A stretch of DNA of 64,000 nucleotides from an uncultured Nitrospiraceae bacterium. Lineage in GTDB: Bacteria > Nitrospirota > Thermodesulfovibrionia > Thermodesulfovibrionales > Dissulfurispiraceae. The stretch covers positions 32,001 to 96,000 of the forward strand of contig CAVPIW010000008.1 in the NCBI GenBank assembly GCA_963705105.1, in the 5' to 3' direction. A program made the translations under genes and the position numbers. The notes beneath the pieces are model-generated. The model saw only the letters and a list, made by a program, of their open reading frames with translations. It was not told where the DNA came from and searched no databases. Positions 19,676 to 28,624 of the stretch are shown one piece after another. How positions within the stretch are numbered: position 1 is the first letter of the stretch; each line of letters begins with the position of its first letter.

Positions 19676-20844
19676 TAAAGCAGGTGACGGAGAAACTGCA
19701 TGTACGAAATGAGGCCCCCCCTCCCTGATTCCTTTCTCAGAAATATCCGCATCGCAATCTCCCGGACTTCCGGCCGCTTATGGAGTAGCACCCATTTTTC
19801 GATGAGGTCATCGCTGCCGAAGAGGAGTTCTCTTAACGTATTCATAAGGAGGAACCTCTTCCTGAACGCATGTTCCCAAAGCTTGCGGTACATAGAGGGG
19901 CTGCTTTCACAGATCGCCTGAGCCGCGAACTCCCCTGATTTCATGGCATAGTAGATCCCCTCGTAGGTGATCGGCATGACCATGCCCGCGGCGTCGCCGG
20001 TGAAGATCACGTTCTTCCAGGAAAAAAGGGGGGACTTCCCCGAGGGAATCCTGAAGGTCCTTCTCTTCATTCCCCGGGATTCTTCCGGTAAGGCATCGGG
20101 CCTCCCGCCGAACCGCCGGTCGAGAAAGACCCTGAAGAGCGGGCCGAGGTCTCCTGAAGCGGTGCCGCCCGTCCCGATTGAAAAGCCGTCACCGGACGGG
20201 AAGACCCAGGAGTAAAACCCGGGCGCATGGCGCCTGCCGAACCAGAACTCGCAGCAGTCTCCGGGCTCACGGACGCCGTCGCTCCCTGAAAAGGTCTCCG
20301 ATGTGATATGTGTACTGATCGTCGGCAGGGAAGGGGGCCTGGGAATGCCGAGGGCGGATCCGACTTTCCCGGTGACGCCGTCGGCCGCGACGATATAGTC
20401 CGACTCGACCTCTACGGTTTGGAAAGACTTTCCATTGCTTCCGGCGACATTTCTCCGGATCGTCGAAACGATGGTTTTGCCGGTCCTCGAAAATCCCGAG
20501 AATTCGCCTTCCATGACCACCGCACCTTCGCGGCCGGCGAGTTCACGAAGCACCTCGTCAAAGAGGCCCCGGTCCGTCATTGCCAGGTATCCTCCCGTGA
20601 GCGCTATCTCCTGTGCCTCGCCGCGCGGTGACACGACGAGGATCTTTCTCGCTTCCTTCCTGACAACTGTGTGGGGGATCTTGAATTCTTCGAGGGCTGT
20701 GGAGGGGATCCCCCCTCCACAGGGTTTGACGAACGACATATTCCGCTCGACGAGTATCGTCTCCCTGCCTTGTCCGGCAAGAAACCGGGCAGCCGTGGCG
20801 CCGGCAGGTCCTCCGCCGATGACGAGGGTGTGGGTCCTCACCAT
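19675..20844 (-). CDS. Geranylgeranyl reductase-family FAD oxidoreductase
   Basis: GGGPAG, KPCGG, AADG, YSWVFP and GDAAG..P.TYEGI. Confidence 0.9.
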   Translation of the reverse strand: MVRTHTLVIGGGPAGATAARFLAGQGRETILVERNMSFVKPCGGGIPSTALEEFKIPHTVVRKEARKILVVSPRGEAQEIALTGGYLAMTDRGLFDEVLRELAGREGAVVMEGEFSGFSRTGKTIVSTIRRNVAGSNGKSFQTVEVESDYIVAADGVTGKVGSALGIPRPPSLPTISTHITSETFSGSDGVREPGDCCEFWFGRRHAPGFYSWVFPSGDGFSIGTGGTASGDLGPLFRVFLDRRFGGRPDALPEESRGMKRRTFRIPSGKSPLFSWKNVIFTGDAAGMVMPITYEGIYYAMKSGEFAAQAICESSPSMYRKLWEHAFRKRFLLMNTLRELLFGSDDLIEKWVLLHKRPEVREIAMRIFLRKESGRGGLISYMQFLRHLL

Positions 20845-20881
20845 GAATGACGGTCAGTGCAGAACAGACGGCGAATCTAAC

Positions 20882-21325
20882 TTACGACTTCCCCCGTACC
20901 GTCATGACAGGACAAGTCGCATTTCTCACAACTCTTTCGGCCGTGCTTCCGAAAAGGACCCTGTCGAGACCCTTTCTCCCGTGGGTGCCTATCACGATAA
21001 GATCGACGGCGTTTTTCTCTGCAAATTTAAGGATTTCCTCATAGGGCACGCCCCGCAGGACGGTGAATTCAATATCCTTCATGTCCCTGCGCAGATCGAG
21101 GCCAAACCTCTCGAGTTCCTTCCGGGCGCTCGCCTCCATTTCCTTGTACATCTCATCGACTGAAATGTGAGGAATATAGAGACCGGAAGATGTTGAGATG
21201 TCGTACATAACGTGGAGCATCGAGAGTTTCGCTCCGTAACTCTTCGCCAGATCGACAGCGTAGGGGAGTGCATTGAGAGCCCCTTCGGAAAAATCGGTGG
21301 GGAAAAGAATCTTTTTAACCTCCAT
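20882..21325 (-). CDS. Universal stress protein
   Basis: ILFPTDFS and DLIVIGTHGR..FGSTAE..CPV. Confidence 0.95.
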   Translation of the reverse strand: MEVKKILFPTDFSEGALNALPYAVDLAKSYGAKLSMLHVMYDISTSSGLYIPHISVDEMYKEMEASARKELERFGLDLRRDMKDIEFTVLRGVPYEEILKFAEKNAVDLIVIGTHGRKGLDRVLFGSTAERVVRNATCPVMTVRGKS

Positions 21326-21425
21326 ATGGCCTCCTTATGCGTGTTTCCCGCATCCCATCGGGATGCAATAGTATACATCATTCCGGAATCGAAACAAAGA
21401 TCGAATCATACCCATCAATCGTCAC

Positions 21426-21516
21426 ACTTTCACTTTGTATGAAAAGGCGGGACAAAGTGCCTCAAAGCCTTGCTGATAGCGAGCATGATCATTTGAAATT
21501 GGATATCGGAGATCCC
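21426..21516 (+). repeat. Long hairpin repeat, left arm only
   Basis: GAAAAGGCGGGACAAAGTGCCTCAAAGCCTTGCTGATAGCGA. Confidence 0.75.
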
Positions 21517-21520
21517 AATG

Positions 21521-22318
21521 TCATGAGCCCTCACCTTTCCTCATCCTCAGATGGATGAACCGCATCCCTTCGAATGTGAGCGCCGGGATGACACGATGAT
21601 GCCTCCCGATGAGGGGAGCGACCAACTCCACCGCTCCGCCGGTGAGCACGAGCGCAAGGGAGAAGCCCAGTTCACGCTCCATGTCGCCCACAAGCCGTTC
21701 AACAGCGCCCGCCGTCCCGCACACGATGCCGGCCCTGATCGAGGACAGCGTGTCCCGGCCCGGCAGGCTCAAGGGCTGACGGAGGTCGACAGCAGGGAGC
21801 TTCGCCGTTCCAGTGTGGAGAGCCCTTTCCATAAGCCAGATCCCCGGAAGGATCGCCCCTCCGATGAGGTCCCTCCGCCGTCCGACAACGGTGATCGTCG
21901 TCGCCGTGCCGAAATCAACGATCGCAGTCGGTCCGTCGATGAGCACGACAGCTGCGACGGCATTGGCGATCCTGTCCGATCCCGTCTGCCCGGCATTGTC
22001 GACGGCGAACGTCAGGCCCGTATCGAGCCTGTGACTGACGATCAGCGGCTCCCTGCGACAGAGCCCCCTGAGGGCCTCGATGATCCTCTTCGTGACGGCC
22101 GGCACGACAGAGGAGACGACGGCATCGAGATCACCGACACCGGCCGCCGGAGCCATGCCGGTCTGTGTAGCGATGAAACCGGCGATCCTTTTTCGATAGG
22201 CTGCAACAGTCTGAAGGGGATTGAGAGGAACCTGAGAGGTCGCGCACCTGCTGCTTTCCGGGTCACTGTAGACACAGAGATTGATGGTGCTGTTGCCGAT
22301 ATCCGCACAGAGGAGCAT
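21521..22318 (-). CDS. coaX: Type III pantothenate kinase
   Basis: DIGNS, SSVVP, GSDR, DFGTAT and LTGG. Confidence 0.92.
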   Translation of the reverse strand: MLLCADIGNSTINLCVYSDPESSRCATSQVPLNPLQTVAAYRKRIAGFIATQTGMAPAAGVGDLDAVVSSVVPAVTKRIIEALRGLCRREPLIVSHRLDTGLTFAVDNAGQTGSDRIANAVAAVVLIDGPTAIVDFGTATTITVVGRRRDLIGGAILPGIWLMERALHTGTAKLPAVDLRQPLSLPGRDTLSSIRAGIVCGTAGAVERLVGDMERELGFSLALVLTGGAVELVAPLIGRHHRVIPALTFEGMRFIHLRMRKGEGS

Positions 22319-22337
22319 GGACCGGGCGGGGCGACGA

Positions 22338-23168
22338 TCAGGGCCGGAGATGGGCAAAGGACGGGTTCGGCGACTCCATCCTGAGGACCGTCACGTCTCC
22401 GGCGCTGATCTTTGAAATGGACTGGTCAGGCAGCCTGAGTATGAGCAGGCCTTCTTCGTCGATCCCCTCGGCGACGCCCGTCATCTCCGATTCCGCCATC
22501 GCGACCCGCACGGCGCGGCCGAGCGTCGAGCAGAGCCGGACCCACTCCGACAGGACAGGGCCTTTACCCTCCCGCATCAGGATGTCATACCACGAGTCGA
22601 GCTCGCTGATCATTGATGCGGCAAGCCGGGACCGTGAATGGGTTTCTCCTGTCTCATCCCTGAGGGATGTCGCGGCGGACCTGATTTCATCGGGAAAGTC
22701 CTCTGCCGTACCGTTGACATTGAGACCGATGCCGATGACGGCAGCCTCGATCCGGCCGGCCGAAGACCTCGTTTCCGTCAGGATGCCGCCGAGCTTCTTC
22801 ACGCCCACCATCATGTCGTTCGGCCATTTGATCGTCACGGGCACCGGCACACTCCGACGGATTGCCGATACGGAAGCGACAGCCGCCAGGAGGGTCAGGA
22901 CGGGCGCGTCGCGGGGGAGCATCTCCGGTTTCAGGAGGATGCTCATGGAGATGTTTTTCCCTGGCGGCGACACCCAGGTCCTCCCGAGCCTCCCCCTGCC
23001 ACTGTTCTGGCTGTCTGCAATAAAGACGGTGCCGTCGGCGAACCCGCTCCGGGCATGTTCCATAGCCAGCGTATTCGTCGAGCCGGCAGTGTCGAAACAG
23101 AAGATCTCCCTGCCGACAATTTTTTCCTCGCCGGAGAGGGCATGCCTGATGTCAGCCACGGAAATCAA
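22338..23168 (-). CDS. birA: Biotin-protein ligase (no N-terminal HTH)
   Basis: STN, GRGRLGR, KWPND and KLGGIL. Confidence 0.92.
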   Translation of the reverse strand: MISVADIRHALSGEEKIVGREIFCFDTAGSTNTLAMEHARSGFADGTVFIADSQNSGRGRLGRTWVSPPGKNISMSILLKPEMLPRDAPVLTLLAAVASVSAIRRSVPVPVTIKWPNDMMVGVKKLGGILTETRSSAGRIEAAVIGIGLNVNGTAEDFPDEIRSAATSLRDETGETHSRSRLAASMISELDSWYDILMREGKGPVLSEWVRLCSTLGRAVRVAMAESEMTGVAEGIDEEGLLILRLPDQSISKISAGDVTVLRMESPNPSFAHLRP

Positions 23169-23177
23169 CGGGTCAGA

Positions 23178-23792
23178 TCACTCCTGCTCCAGGATGACGA
23201 CGTCGATCTTCCCCTTCAGGGCCTCTGCGAATTTCACCGCGTCTTTTTTATCGCCGACGATGGCGCCGTAGTGCATGGGTATGGCAACTTTCGGCTTGAT
23301 GTCGAGCGCCGCCTGTACCGCTTCGTCAGCAGTCATGACGTATGTCCCTGAGACGGGCAGAAGGGCGATGTCAACCTTGTATGTTTTCATCTCCGGAATG
23401 TAGTCCGTATCTCCCGCCAGGTAAATCCTCTGACCGTTCACCGTGAATATATATCCGACCCATCCCTTGTCCTTCGTGTGAAACTGCTTGTTCGTGTTAT
23501 ACGCGGCAACAGCTTCGACCTGTATCCCGCCCACATTTATCGTTTCGCCCGGCTTTATCACCTTGATATTTCCCTTCAGTTCCTCGGCGCATCCCTTCGG
23601 CGTGACGATGACCGTCTCCGGCCCCTGGATCATCTTCACGTCGTCGGGCGAGCAGTGATCAAAGTGTTCATGGGTGATGAGGATGATGTCCGCCTTGTCT
23701 TTCTTCTTCAGCTTGAAGGGGTCGGTATAGATGACCTTTTCGCCGGTGATCTTGAATGTGTCGTGCCCCAGCCAGTGAATGTTCTGCACCAT
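23178..23792 (-). CDS. MBL-fold metallo-hydrolase
   Basis: THEHFDH, AGDT and PMHYG. Confidence 0.9.
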   Translation of the reverse strand: MVQNIHWLGHDTFKITGEKVIYTDPFKLKKKDKADIILITHEHFDHCSPDDVKMIQGPETVIVTPKGCAEELKGNIKVIKPGETINVGGIQVEAVAAYNTNKQFHTKDKGWVGYIFTVNGQRIYLAGDTDYIPEMKTYKVDIALLPVSGTYVMTADEAVQAALDIKPKVAIPMHYGAIVGDKKDAVKFAEALKGKIDVVILEQE

Positions 23793-23965
23793 GGATCTGC
23801 CCTCCTTTTTCGCTCCGTGTAGAATAGCGGGAAACAAGCATTAAACGACAGCATAAAAGGCGAATAACTGCAATCTCCGCATCGGTTTCATCCTTATTCG
23901 AAGTGTAGTATATCACGGGAAAAACTGCAATCATTTTCTCATACATCTATTTGCTATAATGTGTG

Positions 23966-24889
23966 ATGACTCTCTACCTCATAGACGGCAGCTCCTATAT
24001 CTATCGGGCCTATCACGCCATCAGGGGCCTGAGCAGCTCGAAGGGCTTTCCCACCAATGCGATCTTCGGATTCACGAACATGCTGATCAAGATCATCAGG
24101 GAGAAGCGGCCCGAAGCCCTCTGCATCGTCTTCGACTCGCCTGTCCCGACGGAAAGGCATAAGCTGTATGAACAGTACAAGGCCCAGAGACCGGAGACCC
24201 CCAATGACCTCGTCGTCCAGATCCCCCACATCAAGGAGATCATCCGGGCCTTCCGCGTGACAGCCATCGAGATGCCCGGATACGAGGCCGACGACATCAT
24301 CTGCACCGTCGCGCGCAGGGTCTCCGAGCAGGGCATGGACGTCTTCATCGTCAGCAGCGACAAGGACATGATGCAGATCGTCAGCGAGAGAGTTCGCATA
24401 TTCGATCCGATGAAGGATGTCGTCATAGACGAAAAAACGGTCCTGGAGCGTTTCGGCCTGCCGCCGGAACGATTGAACGAGCTCATGGCGCTCACGGGCG
24501 ACGCGATCGATAACATCCCCGGAGTGAAGGGGATCGGGGAGAAGACGGCGAAGGAGCTGCTTCAGAGCGCAGGGAGCATCGACGATCTCCTCGACAATCC
24601 GGGGGCCATCAGGAAAGAGAAACTCCGCGCGCTCATCACGGAAAACAGGGATATCATCAGGCTGAGCAGGACATTGGCGACTGTCAATGCCGACCTGCCC
24701 GTCCATATCGACCTGGAATCGCTGAAAGCCCGTGAGCCGGAATGGACTGAGATCCTCCGCCTTTTCAGGGAATTCGAATTCAGGAGCCTCATGAACCGCA
24801 TACCCGCCGTCAGGGGAGAGCCGCGGGGGACGTACAGGACCGTCATGACCAGGGAGGAGCTCAGGGAGCTCATCGGGAGGATGGGATGA
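23966..24889 (+). CDS. polA: DNA polymerase I 5'-3' exonuclease (flap endonuclease) part
   Basis: DGSSYIYRA, EADD, DKD and GD..DNIPGVKGIGEKTA; stops at an ATGA overlap. Confidence 0.9.
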   Translation: MTLYLIDGSSYIYRAYHAIRGLSSSKGFPTNAIFGFTNMLIKIIREKRPEALCIVFDSPVPTERHKLYEQYKAQRPETPNDLVVQIPHIKEIIRAFRVTAIEMPGYEADDIICTVARRVSEQGMDVFIVSSDKDMMQIVSERVRIFDPMKDVVIDEKTVLERFGLPPERLNELMALTGDAIDNIPGVKGIGEKTAKELLQSAGSIDDLLDNPGAIRKEKLRALITENRDIIRLSRTLATVNADLPVHIDLESLKAREPEWTEILRLFREFEFRSLMNRIPAVRGEPRGTYRTVMTREELRELIGRMG

Positions 24890-26643
24890 TCCAGCCCGGT
24901 CTGTTCGGCGCCGGAGATGCCGGGACACTCCGCCGCGAAATCGCCCTCGACATCGTCGCCGCCGGCGCCGGTCCCATGGACGGCCGGATCATCGGGGTCG
25001 CCCTCTGCATGGAGCAGCACGTCGCCTCCTACATCCCTGTCCGCCATGCCCACGGCCCCAATGTTGACGATGCACTTGTCCTGCTGAAAGACATCTTTGA
25101 GGATGAGGCGATGGCGAAGATCGGCCACAATCTGAAGCAGGCCATCCTCCTTCTCAGGCAGGAGGGAATCGACATGAAAGGTGACCTGTATGACGCCATG
25201 GTGGCGGCTTATCTCCTCAACCCGAACACGCAGAGCCATGGCATCGAGGATGTGGCCCTTGAACACCTCGCCTGCAAGAAGCCGTCCGCCGCAGAAGTGC
25301 TCGGCAAGAGGACCTCCTGGGAGGATGTCGGGATTGATGAGGCAATGCAATTTGCCGCGGAAAACGCCGACATCTCTTTCGAACTGAAGAATGTCCTGTT
25401 CGATGCCTTGCGCCGGGAGGAGCTCGACCGGCTCTACTTCGATATTGAGATGCCCCTGATCCGCGTCCTCGCCGGCATGGAAGAGGCAGGGGTGAAGATC
25501 GACGTCAACCGGATCGCGCAGTTGTCCGAAGAGCTCGAACGGGGACTTGCGACGCTGCAGCAGACGATATACGACGTCGCGGGAGAGGAGTTCAACATCA
25601 ATTCCCCCCGCCAGCTCGGCGTCATCCTCTTCGACAGGATAGGACTGAAGCCTCTCAAGAAGACGAAGACCGGCTACTCCACAAGCGTCGAGGTGCTGGA
25701 GGAACTCGCCCTGAGCCATGATCTGCCGCGGGAGATCCTCTCGTACCGGACGCTGAACAAGCTGAAAACGACATACATCGATACCCTTCCCAGGCTCGTC
25801 AACAAGCGCACCGGCAGGATCCACACATCCTTCAACCAGACGGCCACCGCCACGGGCAGGCTGAGCAGCAGCGACCCGAACCTCCAGAACATCCCGATCC
25901 GAGGCGAATGGGGTCCGAAGATGAGGGAGATCTTCATCGCCGATGAGGGGTGCATGCTCCTGTCCGCCGATTACTCGCAGGTCGAGCTGCGCGTCCTTGC
26001 CCATGTAAGCGGCGACGAGGGTCTCGTCGAGGCCTTCAGGAGCGGTATCGACATCCATACGCGGACGGCTGCGGGGATCTTCGGCGTCCCTCGGGAGGAG
26101 GTGACACCCGACATGAGGAGAGCGGCGAAGGTCGTGAACTTCGGCATCGTCTACGGCATCACACCCTTCGGTCTCTCCGAAGCCCTGGGTATCGCTCCCG
26201 CCGAGGCCGGACAGTACATCACTCAGTACTTCGAAACGCACAGGGGGGTGAAACGGTACATCGACGAGACCGTTGACGCGGTGCGCCGGTCCGGCTTTGC
26301 CGTCACGCTGCTCGGCAGAAAGAGGCCGATCCCCGACATCGGCAGCGCCAATGCGACGGTGAGGCAGCAGGCCGAGCGGCTCGCTGTCAACACCCCCATC
26401 CAGGGCACCGCGGCGGACCTCATAAAGAAGGCGATGATCGACATAGGGAACACGATCCGGGACCGGAAGCTCAGGACGCGCATGGTGCTTCAGATCCATG
26501 ACGAGCTTCTCTTCGAAGGCCCCTCCGGTGAGATGGAGGAGGTGCGGGAGATCGTCAGGGAGGGCATGGAAAATGTGGTACCTCTTTCGGTTCCCCTGAG
26601 GGTCGACATCGGCTCGGGAAAAAACTGGGCCGAGGCGCATTGA
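24886..26643 (+). CDS. polA: DNA polymerase I Klenow-like part (degenerate 3'-5' exo plus polymerase)
   Basis: DYSQVELR, RRAAKVVNFGIVYG and QIHDEL; SD GGGAGG at 24875-24880. Confidence 0.9.
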   Translation: MIQPGLFGAGDAGTLRREIALDIVAAGAGPMDGRIIGVALCMEQHVASYIPVRHAHGPNVDDALVLLKDIFEDEAMAKIGHNLKQAILLLRQEGIDMKGDLYDAMVAAYLLNPNTQSHGIEDVALEHLACKKPSAAEVLGKRTSWEDVGIDEAMQFAAENADISFELKNVLFDALRREELDRLYFDIEMPLIRVLAGMEEAGVKIDVNRIAQLSEELERGLATLQQTIYDVAGEEFNINSPRQLGVILFDRIGLKPLKKTKTGYSTSVEVLEELALSHDLPREILSYRTLNKLKTTYIDTLPRLVNKRTGRIHTSFNQTATATGRLSSSDPNLQNIPIRGEWGPKMREIFIADEGCMLLSADYSQVELRVLAHVSGDEGLVEAFRSGIDIHTRTAAGIFGVPREEVTPDMRRAAKVVNFGIVYGITPFGLSEALGIAPAEAGQYITQYFETHRGVKRYIDETVDAVRRSGFAVTLLGRKRPIPDIGSANATVRQQAERLAVNTPIQGTAADLIKKAMIDIGNTIRDRKLRTRMVLQIHDELLFEGPSGEMEEVREIVREGMENVVPLSVPLRVDIGSGKNWAEAH

Positions 26644-26681
26644 ATCAAAGGGGCGTAAAAAAACATCAGGCAGGTGACGCG

Positions 26682-27020
26682 ATGGATGACAGTATATCGA
26701 ATCGGAGACGGTTTCCCAGGATCAATGACCGTCTGAAGTTCAAATTGAGAGATCAGAAAACGGGCTGGACGGAGGACACGGTCAACATCAGCGCCGGCGG
26801 CTTGAGGTTTCGGACGGACGTGGAGCACCGTGTGGGCGATGTTATAGGCGTCGACATCATCAAGGGGGGGGTCGGTGTGCCGAATACGTACCTCCGGGTA
26901 ACGGGAAGAGTCGTCAGGGTGATCGAAAGATCGGGGATGTTCGAAGTCGCCATAGAGTACACGGACATGAACGAGGACCTGAAAAAGGGCTTTGAGCGGT
27001 TCGTCCACCGGAAGGAATAA
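26682..27020 (+). CDS. PilZ domain protein
   Basis: RRRFPR and NISAGG motifs. Confidence 0.9.
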   Translation: MDDSISNRRRFPRINDRLKFKLRDQKTGWTEDTVNISAGGLRFRTDVEHRVGDVIGVDIIKGGVGVPNTYLRVTGRVVRVIERSGMFEVAIEYTDMNEDLKKGFERFVHRKE

Positions 27021-27048
27021 TGAAACGCCGGATCGACGGCCGTGAAGA

Positions 27049-27131
27049 GCGAGAGTGGCGGAACTGGCAGACGCACCAGACTTAGGATCTGGCGGGCAAC
27101 CGTAGGGGTTCGACTCCCCTCTCTCGCACCA
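27049..27131 (+). tRNA. tRNA-Leu (TAG)
   Basis: Acceptor GCGAGAG/CTCTCGC, anticodon stem CCAGA/TCTGG with TAG, variable arm, GTTCGAC and encoded CCA. Confidence 0.97.
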
Positions 27132-27164
27132 CATTTTTCTTTTACATCCTGAGACAATTACTTA

Positions 27165-27448
27165 ACATTGCAGTTGCGCAAAAAGGCGGGGCGAAACGCT
27201 CTGCAATACAGTGTCAGTGACAGTGTGAGTGTCAGCAAAAAGTTCACCTTTTTCAGCCGTCGGCCTGAAATAGATTCATCGATGTCGGGCCGTTCGGGGA
27301 ACGGCCCCTACAGGATTCCACTCTTTGTGTGGTCGACCATTGGTTTGAAAGGTTGTCTTCTGTGAGGGTTATGGTGTCGCCGCAGCAAGGTTTTCGGCGC
27401 ATTCACCCCAGCCCCGCCTTTCCCGGAAGTGTATTGCAACGATAAGGT
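27165..27448 (+). repeat. Long hairpin repeat, type II
   Basis: Highly similar inverted copy of 31732-32008. Confidence 0.9.
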
Positions 27449-27468
27449 GACATGATGCAGCCCGTACC

Positions 27469-27529
27469 TGTCATCCCGGCTCGTCCGGGATCCTTCTTGA
27501 AAAATGATTCCCGACAAGCGGGAATGACA
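27469..27529. repeat. REP-like TGTCATCCCG...CGGGAATGACA palindrome
   Basis: Near-identical to 471-529. Confidence 0.8.
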
Positions 27530-27584
27530 AGGATGTCATGACGTATATTAGGTGCTCCTTGGTATAATAGGAGTTGGGGATGAC

Positions 27585-28565
27585 GTGGACGACAACAGCA
27601 GGACAAAAGAAGATCTTCTGAAAGAACTTGAGGAACTGAAGCGCCGGTTCGGCCTTTCCGACGGCCCGGGGCGTCCCGGACCGTGCCTGGGCAGCGAGGA
27701 GCGCTACGGCGACCTTTTCGAGAACGTGAACGACCTGATCCAGTGCATCAGCGCCGAGGGGCGCTTCGTTTACGTCAACCAGGCGTGGAGAGAGACACTC
27801 GGCTATGCCGCTGAAGAGATCGAAAAACTCACCGTCTTCGACATAATCGACCAGGAAAGCATCGAACACTGCATGGACGTATTCGATCGTCTCAGGAAGG
27901 GGGAGAAAATCGACAGGGTCGAGGCTATCTTCCGAGCGAAGGATGGGAGCAGGGTCATGCTCGAGGGGAGCATCAGCACACGGTTTACCAACGGACAGTT
28001 GATATCGACCCGAGGCATTTTCCGCGACATCACGAAACGCAAGCGGCTTGAAGAGGAACTGCGCGCCCTCTCCCTGACCGACGATCTGACGGGCCTCCGC
28101 AACAGGCGCGGATTCCTTACCCTTTCGGAGCAGCAGTTGAAGGTGGCCAGGCGGCTGATGAAGATGATGGTCCTCTTCTTCATCGACATCGATGGGATGA
28201 AAAAGATCAACGATACTCTCGGCCATCCCGCAGGCGACCGGGCACTCACCGAGACCGCCGAGGTGCTGAGAGGCAGCCTGCGCGAGTCCGACATCATCGC
28301 GCGGATCGGCGGCGACGAGTTTGCCGTCTTTTCCCTGGAGGGAGCGAGCCCCGATGTGGAGGGCATCCTGTCGAGGATCAGCGAAAGTATCAACAGCCTG
28401 AATTCAACGGAGGGACGTCCCTTTGCCCTCTCCCTCAGCATCGGCGTCGCGCGCTACAGTCATGATACGTCGCTGTCCGTCGAGGAGATGATCGCCGAAG
28501 CGGACCGCGCCATGTACGAACAGAAACGCAGCAAACAGAAACAATCCACACCCGGCTTGGCCTGA
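27585..28565 (+). CDS. PAS-GGDEF diguanylate cyclase
   Basis: PAS ending RDITKRK; RESD I-site; GGDEF; upstream TGgTATAAT. Confidence 0.92.
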   Translation: MDDNSRTKEDLLKELEELKRRFGLSDGPGRPGPCLGSEERYGDLFENVNDLIQCISAEGRFVYVNQAWRETLGYAAEEIEKLTVFDIIDQESIEHCMDVFDRLRKGEKIDRVEAIFRAKDGSRVMLEGSISTRFTNGQLISTRGIFRDITKRKRLEEELRALSLTDDLTGLRNRRGFLTLSEQQLKVARRLMKMMVLFFIDIDGMKKINDTLGHPAGDRALTETAEVLRGSLRESDIIARIGGDEFAVFSLEGASPDVEGILSRISESINSLNSTEGRPFALSLSIGVARYSHDTSLSVEEMIAEADRAMYEQKRSKQKQSTPGLA

Positions 28566-28624
28566 TCAGGACAATCCGCGCAAATCCTCAACGGACCGGC
28601 AGGTCCGGCGGATCTGCCCCCTGC

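Noticed and set aside
24562..26640. Long antisense ORFs over polA, mfd, trxB and others
   Set aside because: Shadow ORFs expected at high GC; no recognisable motifs.
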